Positions 1 through 10,606 are shown, counted from the stretch's first letter. The stretch: DNA of 64,000 bases from an uncultured delta proteobacterium (GCA_963808235.1 CAWEEQ010000004.1:2592001-2656000), one strand, 5' to 3'. The notes: generated by a model from the sequence alone, not told the origin. Program-made: numbers and translations.

Positions 1-2
1 GA

Positions 3-1706
3 TTGGCATTGTCGTTCACGCCGATTGTGATGGCACGGCTCGCGACCGGGATGTGGATGCTCCCTCAACTGGAAATTGAATATTATCTTCAGATCGCGGG
101 GCAGGCGTACTACAATCACCTGTCATACATCAGCGATCCGTCAGTGTCGGACGGCATCACTTTCTACACCTGGCTTCCATTTGTTCCACCCGTTTGCATC
201 GCCCGCGCGTTGGGTCTCAGCCTCTTTTCGGTCGGGCCGATCTGGATGCTGCTAGGTTGCATTGGCACCAGCGCGGGCCTTTATTTCGTCTTGTGGAGAT
301 TTCTGGGCCAGCCATGGATGGCGGCCGGACTCTCGATATTCTGCCTTTCGAGTTTGTGCTTCGGCGCTTCCAGTTCGCCGAGCTATCAGCTGAGCGCTAT
401 TGTAAGAGGGCTGCTGCTCCATTCTCGTGGGAATCTCGATCTGTCGCCATTTCCAATCTGGGAGTGGCGGCGCGTAGTTAGTCCTGCCTTCGATCTGCCG
501 TTTCTCTTCCTTCAAATCCTGGCCGTCTCGATCGCACGCGAACGGCAACAGGGCGTCAGTGTTTGGTTCTCCGGCCTGGCATTCGGTCTCTTGTTCTACA
601 TTTACTTTTATCTCTGGACGCTTGCGGCCGCAGCCTTGTGCATCGCGATGCTGTTGGATTCTACTCGTCGAAAAATATACGGGCAGACCCTGCTGATCGG
701 CTTTGCAATCGGATTGCCAGAACTGGTGCGCCTTTTTCGATTAAAGGCGATGGCCTCCAGCGAGGCACTGATGCGGTTCGGGCTCGTCTCGGCGGCCGCA
801 CCCGGTCATCTGTCAGGTCTCCCCTGGTTCTCTTTCATCGCAATCGCTGTGGTGGGCGTTTGGATCTCTACCAAAAAGAGACTCGAATTGACCTATCTGT
901 GGAGCTTGTTCGCAGCCGCGATTCTACTCGGCTGCAGCCCCGCATTTACGGGCGTCTTTCTCCACGCGTATCACTGGACCTGGCTCCGGTTGCCGCTTCG
1001 AATGATCCTCGCGCTGATCGTGATCGCTACGATTGCGAAGGAGCGAATTCGATGGCTCCCGGCGTTCAACTGGGCGATTCCAACATTGCTGGCAATTTAT
1101 TTCATCGGCGGATTGTACATGGCAGCTCTTCTGGTAACGCCGGGCGCTGGGACCCGGCAGCTCGAAAATTACACAAAATACAGGTTGCAGCGGCTGGTTC
1201 CGGGCGTGAGCCCGCTCGATTCCAATTCGGTGATCGCTGGCGACGATCGGTTCACCGAGTTGGCCGCGATCGGCGAAAATCAGCGTGCACTGAGTGGAGT
1301 CTTTCTGAATGCCAGTATGGCCGTCGATAACAACACGTGGCGATCGAGGTTCGCTCTCAATGCTTTTTTGAATGGGACGACCGACCGTTTGGAGTTCCAA
1401 CGAAGGGCGACTCTCGAGTTGGAGAATGGTCTGTACAGTGCTGCGAAGATTACGCCGGAATTACTGGCGCCCTTCATGCGCAGCTACGATGAAATAGTAC
1501 GCGACCCGGACCGGTTCATAAGCGCCTTTGCGGTGCGCTACGTGGCGCTACCTGCCGATCGTTCTCCGCCCGACTATCTACGGAACAGTTGGACACTCCT
1601 GCAACCGGGACCCTTTTGGCAACTCTGGCAGAGAAAGAGCGTTGCATCGGCTTCGACATCGCACATCAAGGCTGTAGTTTTCGGGGGCGATCACCGGGGA
1701 TACTGA
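3..1706 (+). CDS. Multi-pass membrane protein, possibly GT-C-fold glycosyltransferase (5'-truncated by window edge)
   Basis: ORF open from the window start; about 10 hydrophobic segments followed by a soluble C-terminal domain; sits beside the polysaccharide locus; no diagnostic motif recognised. Confidence 0.5.
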   Translation: MALSFTPIVMARLATGMWMLPQLEIEYYLQIAGQAYYNHLSYISDPSVSDGITFYTWLPFVPPVCIARALGLSLFSVGPIWMLLGCIGTSAGLYFVLWRFLGQPWMAAGLSIFCLSSLCFGASSSPSYQLSAIVRGLLLHSRGNLDLSPFPIWEWRRVVSPAFDLPFLFLQILAVSIARERQQGVSVWFSGLAFGLLFYIYFYLWTLAAAALCIAMLLDSTRRKIYGQTLLIGFAIGLPELVRLFRLKAMASSEALMRFGLVSAAAPGHLSGLPWFSFIAIAVVGVWISTKKRLELTYLWSLFAAAILLGCSPAFTGVFLHAYHWTWLRLPLRMILALIVIATIAKERIRWLPAFNWAIPTLLAIYFIGGLYMAALLVTPGAGTRQLENYTKYRLQRLVPGVSPLDSNSVIAGDDRFTELAAIGENQRALSGVFLNASMAVDNNTWRSRFALNAFLNGTTDRLEFQRRATLELENGLYSAAKITPELLAPFMRSYDEIVRDPDRFISAFAVRYVALPADRSPPDYLRNSWTLLQPGPFWQLWQRKSVASASTSHIKAVVFGGDHRGY

Positions 1707-1854
1707 GGACAAATTGGCTACTTATGCGTAGTTTGTTACGACTCTAAATCATTCTTATAAGGTAAATCTTAATTAAAAGAGGTTATAGAATTGTATTCGA
1801 TTGTCCGTTATGCTACGTTAAGCACAGTCAGCCGTATGCACGCACTGACGCGAA
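1707..1854. promoter_or_regulatory. AT-rich intergenic segment, probable promoter region of the WecA-fusion gene
   Basis: Markedly AT-rich run (ctctaaatcattcttataaggtaaatcttaattaaaagaggttatagaattgtatt) in otherwise GC-rich DNA directly upstream of ATG 1855. Confidence 0.35.
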
Positions 1855-3765
1855 ATGCCAACCATACTCTATACTCACGGATTGCCCCTGACATTGCTTG
1901 CCATGATCACCGCGATGATGGTCGCGGCTGCGCTCATCCCGGGCCTGAACCGGCTGGCTTTCCGGTTTGAGATCGTCGCGAAGCCGTCGGCGGACCGGCC
2001 TCATGCGAAGCCGACTCCGCTGCTCGGTGGCGTCGCGATCATGGCCGGATTCGCGCTGGCGCTTTGGCTGTTCGGCAGGTCGCTCCCGGTGCCGCGCCGC
2101 GAGATGGTGTGGGTGCTGACCTTCGCGGCCGCGGTGTTGGCGGTCGGACTCGTCGACGACATTGTCGAACTACGACCTCGGGTCAAGTTTGGATGGCAGG
2201 CGGTGATCATCGCCCTGTTCGCCACATGGGGTCCGCAGCTTGATCTGCTGCCCTATCACTGGGCGAAGCTCGCGCTCACGATTTTCTGGCTGCTCACGAC
2301 GACCAACGCATTCAACCTGATCGACGGCCTCGATGGTCTTGCGGCTGGGGTTGGGATCGTGTCCGCGCTGACCGTCGCGGCGGTCGCCGGTTTGCACGGC
2401 CACCAGTTCACGATGATCGCGGCGGTGTCGTTGGCCGGTGCGCTCGGCGGATTTCTTTTGTTCAACCTTCCGCCCGCTTCGACCTTCATGGGAGATGAAG
2501 GCGCGCTTTCGGTCGGCTTGATTTTGGGAATCCTGTCGATTCAGGCGAGCCACGCGGGAGAGGGCTCGTGGCCGGCGCGATTCGCGGTGCCGATCCTGAT
2601 AGTGATGGTACCGATCCTCGATATTGTAACCGTCACGGTGACGCGGCTTGCGACCGGCAACCCGATTTCACGTCGCGGCCTGGATCATTCGCATCACAGG
2701 TTGTTTCGGCTGGGACTCACCGGCGCGCGCGCGACTGCAAGCCTGGTCGCGCTGCAAGGAATCGCGGCCGGATTCGCGGTTTTCATCACGCTGATACCCG
2801 GCTACGAAGTGGTTCTGATGCTCCCCTACATCGCAATCGTTTTCGCGCTGGTCGCGTTGTTCCTGATGGATCGTTCCTTCGACACCGAATCTCCCGGACT
2901 GACGCGCGACCTTCCGGTTTTTGCGCGGTTCCTTCTTTCCGCCGGCTACAAGCGCAGGATCGTCGAGGTGATGCTCGACCTGATGCTGGCGTGCGCCGCT
3001 TTTTTCGGCGCGATGTTGATTCGGTTCGAGTTCGAGACGCCGCCGCACGTCGTCGCCGCGATGCTGACGACAATTCCGGCGGTGATGCTAGCGACCTGCA
3101 TCGCATTTATCATGAGCGGAGTTTACAAAGGAATCTGGCGCTACAGCGGCGTGGACGAAGCGGTTCGATTCGCCGTCTCCGCAGCGATCGCCGGATTGAT
3201 GGCTTACGCGCTGTCGTCGTTGACCGATTTTGCGATTCCGCGCGCCGCATGCCTGGTCTTCGTGATCCTGCTGTTCAACCTGTTGCTCGCGACGCGCTGG
3301 TCGTTCCACGTGTTCAATCGCATCGTGCAGATGCTGGCAACGTCGGGACGTCGCGTTGTGATCGTAGGCGCGGACGCGCGCGGGCAAGCTGCGGTGATGC
3401 ATCTGTTCAGCGCGCGCAATTTCGATTGCGGCAACTTCGGCTCGGGCCTGATCGGCGTGATCGACGACGACGTTTTCAAGCGCGGGAAGCTGTTCCACGG
3501 CTATCCGGTGCTCGGCTCGATTTCCGAACTCGGAGAAATATTCGCACGCGCCGCCTTCGACGAGATTTTAATCGCGCAGGACGATCTCGGCGGCGCGCAG
3601 CTCGACTTGCTGAAGTCGTTTGCAACCGCGCGTGGATTGAAGCTGCGCCGGTTCTCACTCGACGTGACAGACCTCGGCCCGCCGCGCAGCGCCTCCCGGG
3701 CGCCGGCAGTCGCATTCGGCACCGCAGCACTCGCGCGCAAAGTCCCGACCGCACTCGCTTCCTGA
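1855..3765 (+). CDS. MraY/WecA-family undecaprenyl-phosphate sugar-1-phosphate transferase fused to a CapD/PglF-N-terminal-like (TM + CoA-binding-like) domain
   Basis: PTPLLGG, GLVDD, NAFNLIDGLDGL, FMGDEG, DHSHHRL motifs; C-terminal part has GVYKGIWRY and RVVIVGA...GVIDDD..KRG..GYPVLG. Confidence 0.85.
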   Translation: MPTILYTHGLPLTLLAMITAMMVAAALIPGLNRLAFRFEIVAKPSADRPHAKPTPLLGGVAIMAGFALALWLFGRSLPVPRREMVWVLTFAAAVLAVGLVDDIVELRPRVKFGWQAVIIALFATWGPQLDLLPYHWAKLALTIFWLLTTTNAFNLIDGLDGLAAGVGIVSALTVAAVAGLHGHQFTMIAAVSLAGALGGFLLFNLPPASTFMGDEGALSVGLILGILSIQASHAGEGSWPARFAVPILIVMVPILDIVTVTVTRLATGNPISRRGLDHSHHRLFRLGLTGARATASLVALQGIAAGFAVFITLIPGYEVVLMLPYIAIVFALVALFLMDRSFDTESPGLTRDLPVFARFLLSAGYKRRIVEVMLDLMLACAAFFGAMLIRFEFETPPHVVAAMLTTIPAVMLATCIAFIMSGVYKGIWRYSGVDEAVRFAVSAAIAGLMAYALSSLTDFAIPRAACLVFVILLFNLLLATRWSFHVFNRIVQMLATSGRRVVIVGADARGQAAVMHLFSARNFDCGNFGSGLIGVIDDDVFKRGKLFHGYPVLGSISELGEIFARAAFDEILIAQDDLGGAQLDLLKSFATARGLKLRRFSLDVTDLGPPRSASRAPAVAFGTAALARKVPTALAS

Positions 3766-3813
3766 GTGCCAAATCACGGCGTGGGCAGTCCTTCCCGCAG
3801 CTCCGCTCCGCGA

Positions 3814-3838
3814 GAGCCCTCAGAGCTGGCTCGTTTTT
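3814..3838 (+). terminator. Weak candidate intrinsic terminator
   Basis: GAGCC-N9-GGCTC followed by GTTTTT between convergent genes. Confidence 0.25.
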
Positions 3839-3887
3839 GAAGGCGTAGCAGATCAGGTGAATCGAGAAGAGCGGCGGGCAGGCAAGT

Positions 3888-4544
3888 CTACTGCTTGGTC
3901 AGAAAGAGGCAGAGCGAGTCGCCGGGCAGATCGTTTGGCAGGATCAGAGACAAGGCTTTGTCAGCAAGGCGCGCGAACCATCGCGAGCCGTCGCTGCCAT
4001 ATTCGGGATAGGTGAGGATGCGGTCGATTGCGAAGTTGTACACGGGAAGAATTTGGCGCTTCACACTGTCGAGAATGAGCGGGTGGATGTGTTCGGGCTC
4101 GGCATTGTGCTCAAACCAGGTCAGTTTTCCGGACAGCAGGAAGCGCAGCCGCACCCGGATCGAATAGATGTTGGGCGTCGTGACGATCAGCCGGCCACCG
4201 GCTTCGAGATGCTGAGCCGCGAAGGCGAAGATCGCTTCGGGATTCGCCATGTGCTCGAAGACTTCGAGCGCAGTGATCAGATCGAAAGTGCCGAGCTCTA
4301 CTCGCTCACCTTGAGTGACATCACCTTGAATGAAGGTGGCGACGTCTGCGGCGCCGAAGTAGTCGCTGCGGCGATCGATCCCGGTAAGGCGCTTGAAGCC
4401 GGCGCGATGAAGGCGCGCGAGCCACGCACCTGTGCCGCAGCCCAGGTCGAGCAAACGCGAGTCGTTCGATATTCGCGGCAGCGCTTGCACGCGCGGCAGG
4501 AGCCACGCGTGGAGACCGGTCGCGGTGAATTCCTGGAGAGTCAT
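3888..4544 (-). CDS. Class I SAM-dependent methyltransferase
   Basis: LLDLGCGTG, FDLITALEVFEH, GGRLIVTTPN motifs. Confidence 0.9.
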   Translation of the reverse strand: MTLQEFTATGLHAWLLPRVQALPRISNDSRLLDLGCGTGAWLARLHRAGFKRLTGIDRRSDYFGAADVATFIQGDVTQGERVELGTFDLITALEVFEHMANPEAIFAFAAQHLEAGGRLIVTTPNIYSIRVRLRFLLSGKLTWFEHNAEPEHIHPLILDSVKRQILPVYNFAIDRILTYPEYGSDGSRWFARLADKALSLILPNDLPGDSLCLFLTKQ

Positions 4545-4577
4545 CGGGATTTTAAAAGCGCTCCGTTCAGGTCCGTC

Positions 4578-5738
4578 TCAGGCGGTCAGAGTTCGACGCG
4601 ATGCCAACTCCGGAGCGAAATCCGCGCCGCTCATCGTGGTCTCATACAGATCGCGAGTCCGCTGGACCATCGCATCGATCGTAAATTCACTTTGCACGCG
4701 GCGGCGTGCTGCTTCGCCGTAGCTGGTTCGGAGTTCAACGTTGCCAAGAAGGCGATTGATGCCGCCGGCAAGGGCGTCGGCGTTGGCCGGCTCAACTGTG
4801 ATCCCGGTGACGCCATCGAGCGAGGCAAACGGAACACCCGAATTGAGATTTGTGTTGACGACCGCTTTGCCGCACGCCATCGCCTCGAGCTGAACGATCC
4901 CGAAGGCTTCGCTTCGCGCTATGGAAGGAAGCACGAATAGATCCGCTGCGTGATAATACGGCACGATTTCGCGCGGCTGCATCTCGCCGAGAAATTCGAC
5001 GCGGCTCGCGACGCCGAGCTCGCGCGCCAGGCGCCCGAGCGGGTTGCGTAGCGGGCCGTCGCCGACCAGCATCAAGGTTGCGTCAATCCGCGTCATCGCG
5101 CGGATCAAATACTCGAAGCCCTTGTAGTAGACGAGCCGCCCGACGGCCAGCAGCAGCGGCGTTGAGCGGCCGCGCCGAATCTTCTCGACGCTTGCGGCGG
5201 ACGGATCGAGAAATTCCTCGACTCCGATTCCGTACGGGATGACGACGGTGCGGTTTTTCAGACGGGAAAGATCCGGCGAGCTTTCGACGTAGTTGGGCGA
5301 GGTCGCGATGAGCGCGTCGCAGTTGGCGAGAAATCGGCGTTGGATCGGCTCGAACATCTTCGCCAAGCGGCGCTGGCGGACAACATCGCTATGCCAAGTG
5401 GCGATCAGAGGTCCGCGGTAGCCGCTCGCGAGGATAGCCAGCATGCCTGCCGGATTGGGCAGATGGAGATGAACGAGGTCGGCGCGGGCGCGTCGAATCT
5501 TCAGTGGCATCGTGAGGCAGATCGGGGCGCCTGCAATCTGGAACTGGGCACCGAGCCGATGAATCGCGACGCCGTCCACGATCGAGTCCTCATCGCGGCG
5601 CCGATCGCCGGCGACTATCACATGCACGTCGTGCGATTCCTTGAGTCCTTTGCACAGAGCCTGCAAATGAGTCTCTATACCGCCGACATGAGGCGGATAG
5701 TATTTGCCGACCTGCAGTACTTTGAGGCGATTAGCCAT
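4578..5738 (-). CDS. GT4 glycosyltransferase
   Basis: GKYYPPHVGGIE, VGRLVYYKG, SEAFGIVQLEAMACG (EX7E); start taken at ATG 5738. Confidence 0.9.
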   Translation of the reverse strand: MANRLKVLQVGKYYPPHVGGIETHLQALCKGLKESHDVHVIVAGDRRRDEDSIVDGVAIHRLGAQFQIAGAPICLTMPLKIRRARADLVHLHLPNPAGMLAILASGYRGPLIATWHSDVVRQRRLAKMFEPIQRRFLANCDALIATSPNYVESSPDLSRLKNRTVVIPYGIGVEEFLDPSAASVEKIRRGRSTPLLLAVGRLVYYKGFEYLIRAMTRIDATLMLVGDGPLRNPLGRLARELGVASRVEFLGEMQPREIVPYYHAADLFVLPSIARSEAFGIVQLEAMACGKAVVNTNLNSGVPFASLDGVTGITVEPANADALAGGINRLLGNVELRTSYGEAARRRVQSEFTIDAMVQRTRDLYETTMSGADFAPELASRRTLTA

Positions 5739-5802
5739 TTGATTCAAACAACAATACTATGATCGTGCGCTGATGACTCTTCGGTCATTAGCCACTTATC
5801 TT

Positions 5803-6858
5803 TCACGAAGCCATCTTGGCCATTACCGCCTGGCAGGCCGCTTCGCATTCGGCGCGGTTTGCCAATATCCAGTTGCGGACGAGTTCAACACCGCGACGCC
5901 ATGGCACTCGAGGCTCCCAGTCGAAGTCGTTTCTCGCCCGTCTGATATCGCTGACATAGATTCGTTGATCGCCAAGTCGCCACGCGCCGTGGCGGTACGG
6001 CGGTTTTTTTCCGCTGAGCGTGCCCATATGGTCGATTAATTCCAGCAGTGAAACCGCGTTGGCGGGGCCGCCGCCGATATTGTAAACGCGCCCGCGGGCT
6101 GCATCGATATTGTTGGCCGCCGCGTCATAAGCGCCGAGAAGGTCATCGACGAATAGTACGTCACGTACCTGTTTGCCATCGCCGTAGATAGTCAGTGGCC
6201 GCCCCAGTTCCGCGGCGATCAAGAACCACGCGATCCATCCCTGATCTTCCATCCCAAACTGACGGGTGCCATAGATGCACGACTGTCTGAACACGACAGT
6301 ATTCAGTCCGAATATACGATGATAGTCGCGGACATATTGATCGGCGGACCCCTTGGAACATCCGTACGGGGAATGAAAGTCGAGGCCGATTTCCTCGCTC
6401 ACACCATTGGGCAAATGCGAATATTCGTAGCGCGCGGGAGCCTCGGCGATTTGCAGATGCGTCAGATCGCCATAAACCTTGTTGGTCGAGGAGTAGATGA
6501 GCGTCGAGGTGATTTTGTTTTTGCGCATCGCCTCCAGAACGTTAAGGGTGCCAAGCGCGTTCATCTCGAAATCCGAGCGAGGATCGGCGACGGACGTGGT
6601 AACCGCGACCTGCCCGGCCAGATGGAGCACAAGTGAGGCATCGCGACAGTCGCGAAATGCCGCCTCGACCGCCTTGCCGTCGCGCAGATCGATTTGCTGG
6701 AACTTGACCGCACCCTGGCGCTGGAGCCAATTCAAATTGGCCTGGGTTCCCGGCCTCGACAGGTTATCGAACACGATGACTTGGTCGCCGCGGGCGAGGT
6801 AACGACTCGCCGCGTTGACACCGATGAATCCCGCGCCGCCGGTAATCAGTACTTTCAT
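5803..6858 (-). CDS. NAD-dependent epimerase, CDP-paratose/tyvelose 2-epimerase (RfbE)-like
   Basis: ITGGAGFIG, HLAGQVAVTTS, YSSTNKVYG, SPYGCSKG, EDQGW, GDGKQVRD are characteristic of the RfbE subfamily. Confidence 0.85.
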   Translation of the reverse strand: MKVLITGGAGFIGVNAASRYLARGDQVIVFDNLSRPGTQANLNWLQRQGAVKFQQIDLRDGKAVEAAFRDCRDASLVLHLAGQVAVTTSVADPRSDFEMNALGTLNVLEAMRKNKITSTLIYSSTNKVYGDLTHLQIAEAPARYEYSHLPNGVSEEIGLDFHSPYGCSKGSADQYVRDYHRIFGLNTVVFRQSCIYGTRQFGMEDQGWIAWFLIAAELGRPLTIYGDGKQVRDVLFVDDLLGAYDAAANNIDAARGRVYNIGGGPANAVSLLELIDHMGTLSGKKPPYRHGAWRLGDQRIYVSDIRRARNDFDWEPRVPWRRGVELVRNWILANRAECEAACQAVMAKMAS

Positions 6859-7017
6859 AGCAAGCTGCCCTGCACCCACCTTTCGCTAAAGTTTTTATTT
6901 CTCAGGACTGTAATGACATCATGATTTCGCGATAAGTGTCCGCGGTTCGCATCGCGTTCACTGTCCAACTATCGAAAGATTCTCATCGCCGGCCGCGCGC
7001 CAAAATGGTGCATCCGG

Positions 7018-8160
7018 TCAGCGTCGGTAAGTCCCCATCGGGGCGCTATATTGATCTAGCGATCGGGCGGTAGCTTGCTCTGCGTTCTCAGTTCTGAACG
7101 TCACCGCCGAAGCCAACAATTCAGTCGCGGCCGACAACACTTCCTCGACCGTGATGGAGGTTATGCACTTTTTGGCGTACGCCGTGCACACTGAGAGCCC
7201 GCATCCGAAGCACTCGGTCTGATGGTAAATTACCTTGTTTCGATTACCCCATGGAAACCAGACCCCGGGCTTGGCACGCGCGCAGAAGACTGCGACGCAG
7301 GGTACTCCGACCGCGGCCGCAAGATGCATCGGACCGCTGTCATGTCCAAGGAACAGGGTCGCGCTGCTCATAACGGCAGCGCTTTCGCGGGGTGTCAGGG
7401 CTCCGCAAAGGTTCAACCTTGGCCCGGGCCATTGCCGGCACAGTTCGTCGCTGCGATCGAACTCGTCCGTGGCTCCAATCAGGAGCAGGCCGTAATCGGG
7501 CCATCTCGAGCCCAAGTGACCGATCAGACGCAGCCAGTTATCCCTGCCCCACTCTTGAACTTCAGACTTGCCTCCGACGGCGCATACTATGAAGTGCGGC
7601 GGTGCCGGCCACGCTGCGAGAATTTGGCGGGCACGTTCGTGTTCATTCCAGGTGAGCCGAAGATCCCAGCTAGCGGGCTCATTCAAGCGGGCATCGCCAA
7701 GGGAGGTCAGGCATCGGGCAAGACGCTCGGCCTCGGTCTCGTAGCGGCGTTTGTCGGACAGCCAGAGATTCTGGCGCTGATCCCGGCGGTAGGTTACACC
7801 GATCAATTGCTTGATTCCGCAGGCCTTGAAAAAAAGCACGTCGCGCCAGGTCCTCAGTCGGTTTCTAAGACCCGGTAGGTAAATCAATGCCCGCGGACGG
7901 AGTTGCATTATCTGCCGCCTAAGCGCCAGGACTTCTTTAATGCCGAGCGAACCTACGGGGTACTCCAGGTAACCGCGTATGAGTCCCGAGCCGTCGAGTA
8001 CGGTCCCAAGTGGGGGAGCTTTGCGACTTACAGGAAAATTGGTGCATACCCATAGGTCCGCCCGCGGAAAGGCGCGTGCCACAAGGTGGAAGCAAGGTAA
8101 GGCGACAACTGTGTCACCCAAGCTTCCGAGACGAAAAATCAAAATGTTTTCCGAGCCCAT
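7018..8160 (-). CDS. GT9 (heptosyltransferase-like) glycosyltransferase
   Basis: FRLGSLGDTVV, GHDSGPMHLAAAVGVP, Cys-rich C-terminal CFGC..C..C. Confidence 0.88.
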   Translation of the reverse strand: MGSENILIFRLGSLGDTVVALPCFHLVARAFPRADLWVCTNFPVSRKAPPLGTVLDGSGLIRGYLEYPVGSLGIKEVLALRRQIMQLRPRALIYLPGLRNRLRTWRDVLFFKACGIKQLIGVTYRRDQRQNLWLSDKRRYETEAERLARCLTSLGDARLNEPASWDLRLTWNEHERARQILAAWPAPPHFIVCAVGGKSEVQEWGRDNWLRLIGHLGSRWPDYGLLLIGATDEFDRSDELCRQWPGPRLNLCGALTPRESAAVMSSATLFLGHDSGPMHLAAAVGVPCVAVFCARAKPGVWFPWGNRNKVIYHQTECFGCGLSVCTAYAKKCITSITVEEVLSAATELLASAVTFRTENAEQATARSLDQYSAPMGTYRR

Positions 8161-8202
8161 GCCAGGTGGTTGGCCGCTTGACTGACCGGCCTGCCACAAC
8201 GA

Positions 8203-9420
8203 TCAGTCATCGCGGTGAGCATAGAAATCGTGGGCAATCACGGCTTCAAGACGATCGAACGCGTCGCGATGATCGTATCGCTGACGGACCATCCGGAGCG
8301 CTTCCGCAGACCGGCGTTCAGCCTCGGCAGGATTGTCGAGTATATCCTCGATGCACTTCGCGAGCCGGTTCGCATCGCCAACCGGATATGACCAGCCGGT
8401 GCGGCCGTTTATGACAGTCTCTTTCAAACCGCCGACTGCGGAGGCGACCACCGGGACTCCGCACGCCATCGCCTCGATCGGCGAGAACCCGAGGCCTTCT
8501 TCGCGGCTGGCCTGAACGCAGATGTCGCTTGCCTGATAGTCCAGCGGAAGTTCGCGATGAGGATGCACGGCGTCGGTCGCGAGCAAGCGATGTGCGACTC
8601 CGACTCGCTCGGCCTCGGCGCTAAATGCGACATAGCCTCCGCTACGATGCAGCAGCCATAGGTCTCGTCCTCGCTCGAGCAGAATTTTGAGTGCCGCGAG
8701 CATCGTATCGCTGTCTTTTTCGGGGGCGATCCGGCTGCTGAAAAAGATGAGCTGGCCGGACTCGGGAAGACCGCGCTCTTTTTTGAGCATGCTCTGGGGA
8801 CGCGTGCGCGGCTTAAAGAGCGAAAGATCCACGCCGTAGATCGGAACGAGATCTACGGAAGCTTTGGTGCCGTGAGCGCGGACGGTGTCACCAAGATGAT
8901 CGCTCGGGACCAGATAGCGGCGCGCCAGTTTTGCGTTGAGCCGCGCGAACACCTCAAACAACTTGAGCTCCCAGACGCGATACGGCTTGCCGGGCTGAAC
9001 ATTGGTCTTGCGGCACCGATAGTAAGCCTCAACCGGACTGACAATTACCATCGCGGTAGGAATCGCAGTGATTGTACTCATTATGTTGCCGACCAGTGCC
9101 GTCAATCCGTAACCCTGAACAAGTATGTAATCGAACTGACTATTACCTTTACGGAGAAAATTCGCGACGAAGAGTGCAAAGCGAGCGCGCGAGGAAGGTC
9201 CGAGAACGAAATTGAACTCGCAATCAGGCGGATGGCTCACCTCGGCGCCGCCGAGGATCCGACGGGCGACCAGGGTCAAGTCGAATCGCGCCGCGAGGCC
9301 CTCCACCGTGCGAACGTCGGTGCCGCTTTCGATTACGTAGCATACGCGCAGCCGCGGCGCCGCCGGTTCGGATCCAGGCGCGGTTGCGGGTGCAGTCTCG
9401 ATGGTGGAACTGAGGTTCAC
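8203..9420 (-). CDS. GT4 glycosyltransferase
   Basis: SRIAPEKD, EEGLGFSPIEAMACGVPVV; start placed at GTG 9420 to avoid overlap with the upstream gene. Confidence 0.85.
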   Translation of the reverse strand: MNLSSTIETAPATAPGSEPAAPRLRVCYVIESGTDVRTVEGLAARFDLTLVARRILGGAEVSHPPDCEFNFVLGPSSRARFALFVANFLRKGNSQFDYILVQGYGLTALVGNIMSTITAIPTAMVIVSPVEAYYRCRKTNVQPGKPYRVWELKLFEVFARLNAKLARRYLVPSDHLGDTVRAHGTKASVDLVPIYGVDLSLFKPRTRPQSMLKKERGLPESGQLIFFSSRIAPEKDSDTMLAALKILLERGRDLWLLHRSGGYVAFSAEAERVGVAHRLLATDAVHPHRELPLDYQASDICVQASREEGLGFSPIEAMACGVPVVASAVGGLKETVINGRTGWSYPVGDANRLAKCIEDILDNPAEAERRSAEALRMVRQRYDHRDAFDRLEAVIAHDFYAHRDD

Positions 9421-9433
9421 GGCGAATTTCCAG

Positions 9434-10564
9434 CTATCCGGCGCGCAAGGTATCGATGGTGTGACGGATATCGAACTTGTCAGCGTAGAGCCTCGCGCCC
9501 GACTTTGCCAATTGGTCGCGGCGCTCGTTGTCGGCGAGAAGATCTCGTGCGAGCGCGGCGCCTGCGGCAACATCGCGCTCCGCCACGATCGCGACCGCAC
9601 CCCGCTCGGACCATATTGGCTCGGTCAGGTGGCCGCTATTTGTGACGACAGCGCGGCGATGCGCCAGCGGCGGCATCGCGCTGCTCCGCCTGGTTGCGAT
9701 TCCGCCGGGATACGGCTGCACAAGGAGATCGCACGCGCTGATACACATCGAGACTTCGCACGGCGGCAAAAAGCCCGAAGCGTGGATCTGTCTCGCGAGC
9801 TCGGGATGCTCGCGGGTAATCGCGGCTGCGTATCGTTCACTGTTGCGGCCGATCAGAATTGCGTGAGCGGCGGGAACATCGTCGAGCAGCGCTGGCAGAA
9901 TCTTGTCGAGCATGCCGGTAATGTCGCTGCCGAAAGTTCCGAAATGGCCGACCAGCGGGCCCATTGCCGGCGAGAAGTTGCGCCGAACCGCCGCGATACC
10001 CTGGCAATCTTTCACGACCGGAATACTGCTTGGAATCGGCAGCGATACCAGCCGCGTACCTGGCCGCACGAGGCTGCGCAGCGGCTTTTCCCACGAGGCG
10101 GTAGAGACGAAAATTCGCCGCGCCGCGCGCGCCGCGATCGCCGCCATCGCGCGATGGGCCGCGCTGAGCAGGTTGAGTCTCGGCGCCTGCGAGCGGGCGA
10201 AAGGGAAGGTAACCTCATGGAACATCACCGCGATGTCCATTTTGCGCCGCGCATATAGCCATAATACGAATGGAATGTTCATCGCCTTCATTCCGAAGCC
10301 ATGCGGGACGTATTGGACCAGGACACGCCCGGGCGCCGCGCGAAGTGCGCGATCGAGAATCCAGAGCGCACTCGGGCCAAAGCGGCCGGGAAGACGATGC
10401 AGCATAATTCCTTCTTCGATCGAATCCGACGCGTCCAGGCCGGGCGCCCACACATTGACCACGTCACCGGCGCGCGCCAATTCAATTGCAACCAGCCGCG
10501 TGTAATCGCTAACTCCTCCCGAGTCAGGCGGATATTCGCCGGTAATCAGATGCCATGTACTCAA
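9434..10564 (-). CDS. GT4-like (GT-B) glycosyltransferase
   Basis: GEYPPDSGGVSDYT N-terminus, VGHFGTFG, CDLLVQPY; canonical EX7E absent. Confidence 0.75.
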   Translation of the reverse strand: MSTWHLITGEYPPDSGGVSDYTRLVAIELARAGDVVNVWAPGLDASDSIEEGIMLHRLPGRFGPSALWILDRALRAAPGRVLVQYVPHGFGMKAMNIPFVLWLYARRKMDIAVMFHEVTFPFARSQAPRLNLLSAAHRAMAAIAARAARRIFVSTASWEKPLRSLVRPGTRLVSLPIPSSIPVVKDCQGIAAVRRNFSPAMGPLVGHFGTFGSDITGMLDKILPALLDDVPAAHAILIGRNSERYAAAITREHPELARQIHASGFLPPCEVSMCISACDLLVQPYPGGIATRRSSAMPPLAHRRAVVTNSGHLTEPIWSERGAVAIVAERDVAAGAALARDLLADNERRDQLAKSGARLYADKFDIRHTIDTLRAG

Positions 10565-10606
10565 TTTTGAAATTCGTGCGTCGATATCGTTTCCACTATG
10601 AATAGC

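Noticed and set aside
2568-3848. 426-aa Arg-rich alternative-frame ORF, and similar long shadow ORFs (10863-12110, 49030-50166, 55200-56537, 59076-60272)
   Set aside because: They overlap well-supported genes, have no motifs, and are expected from high-GC codon bias
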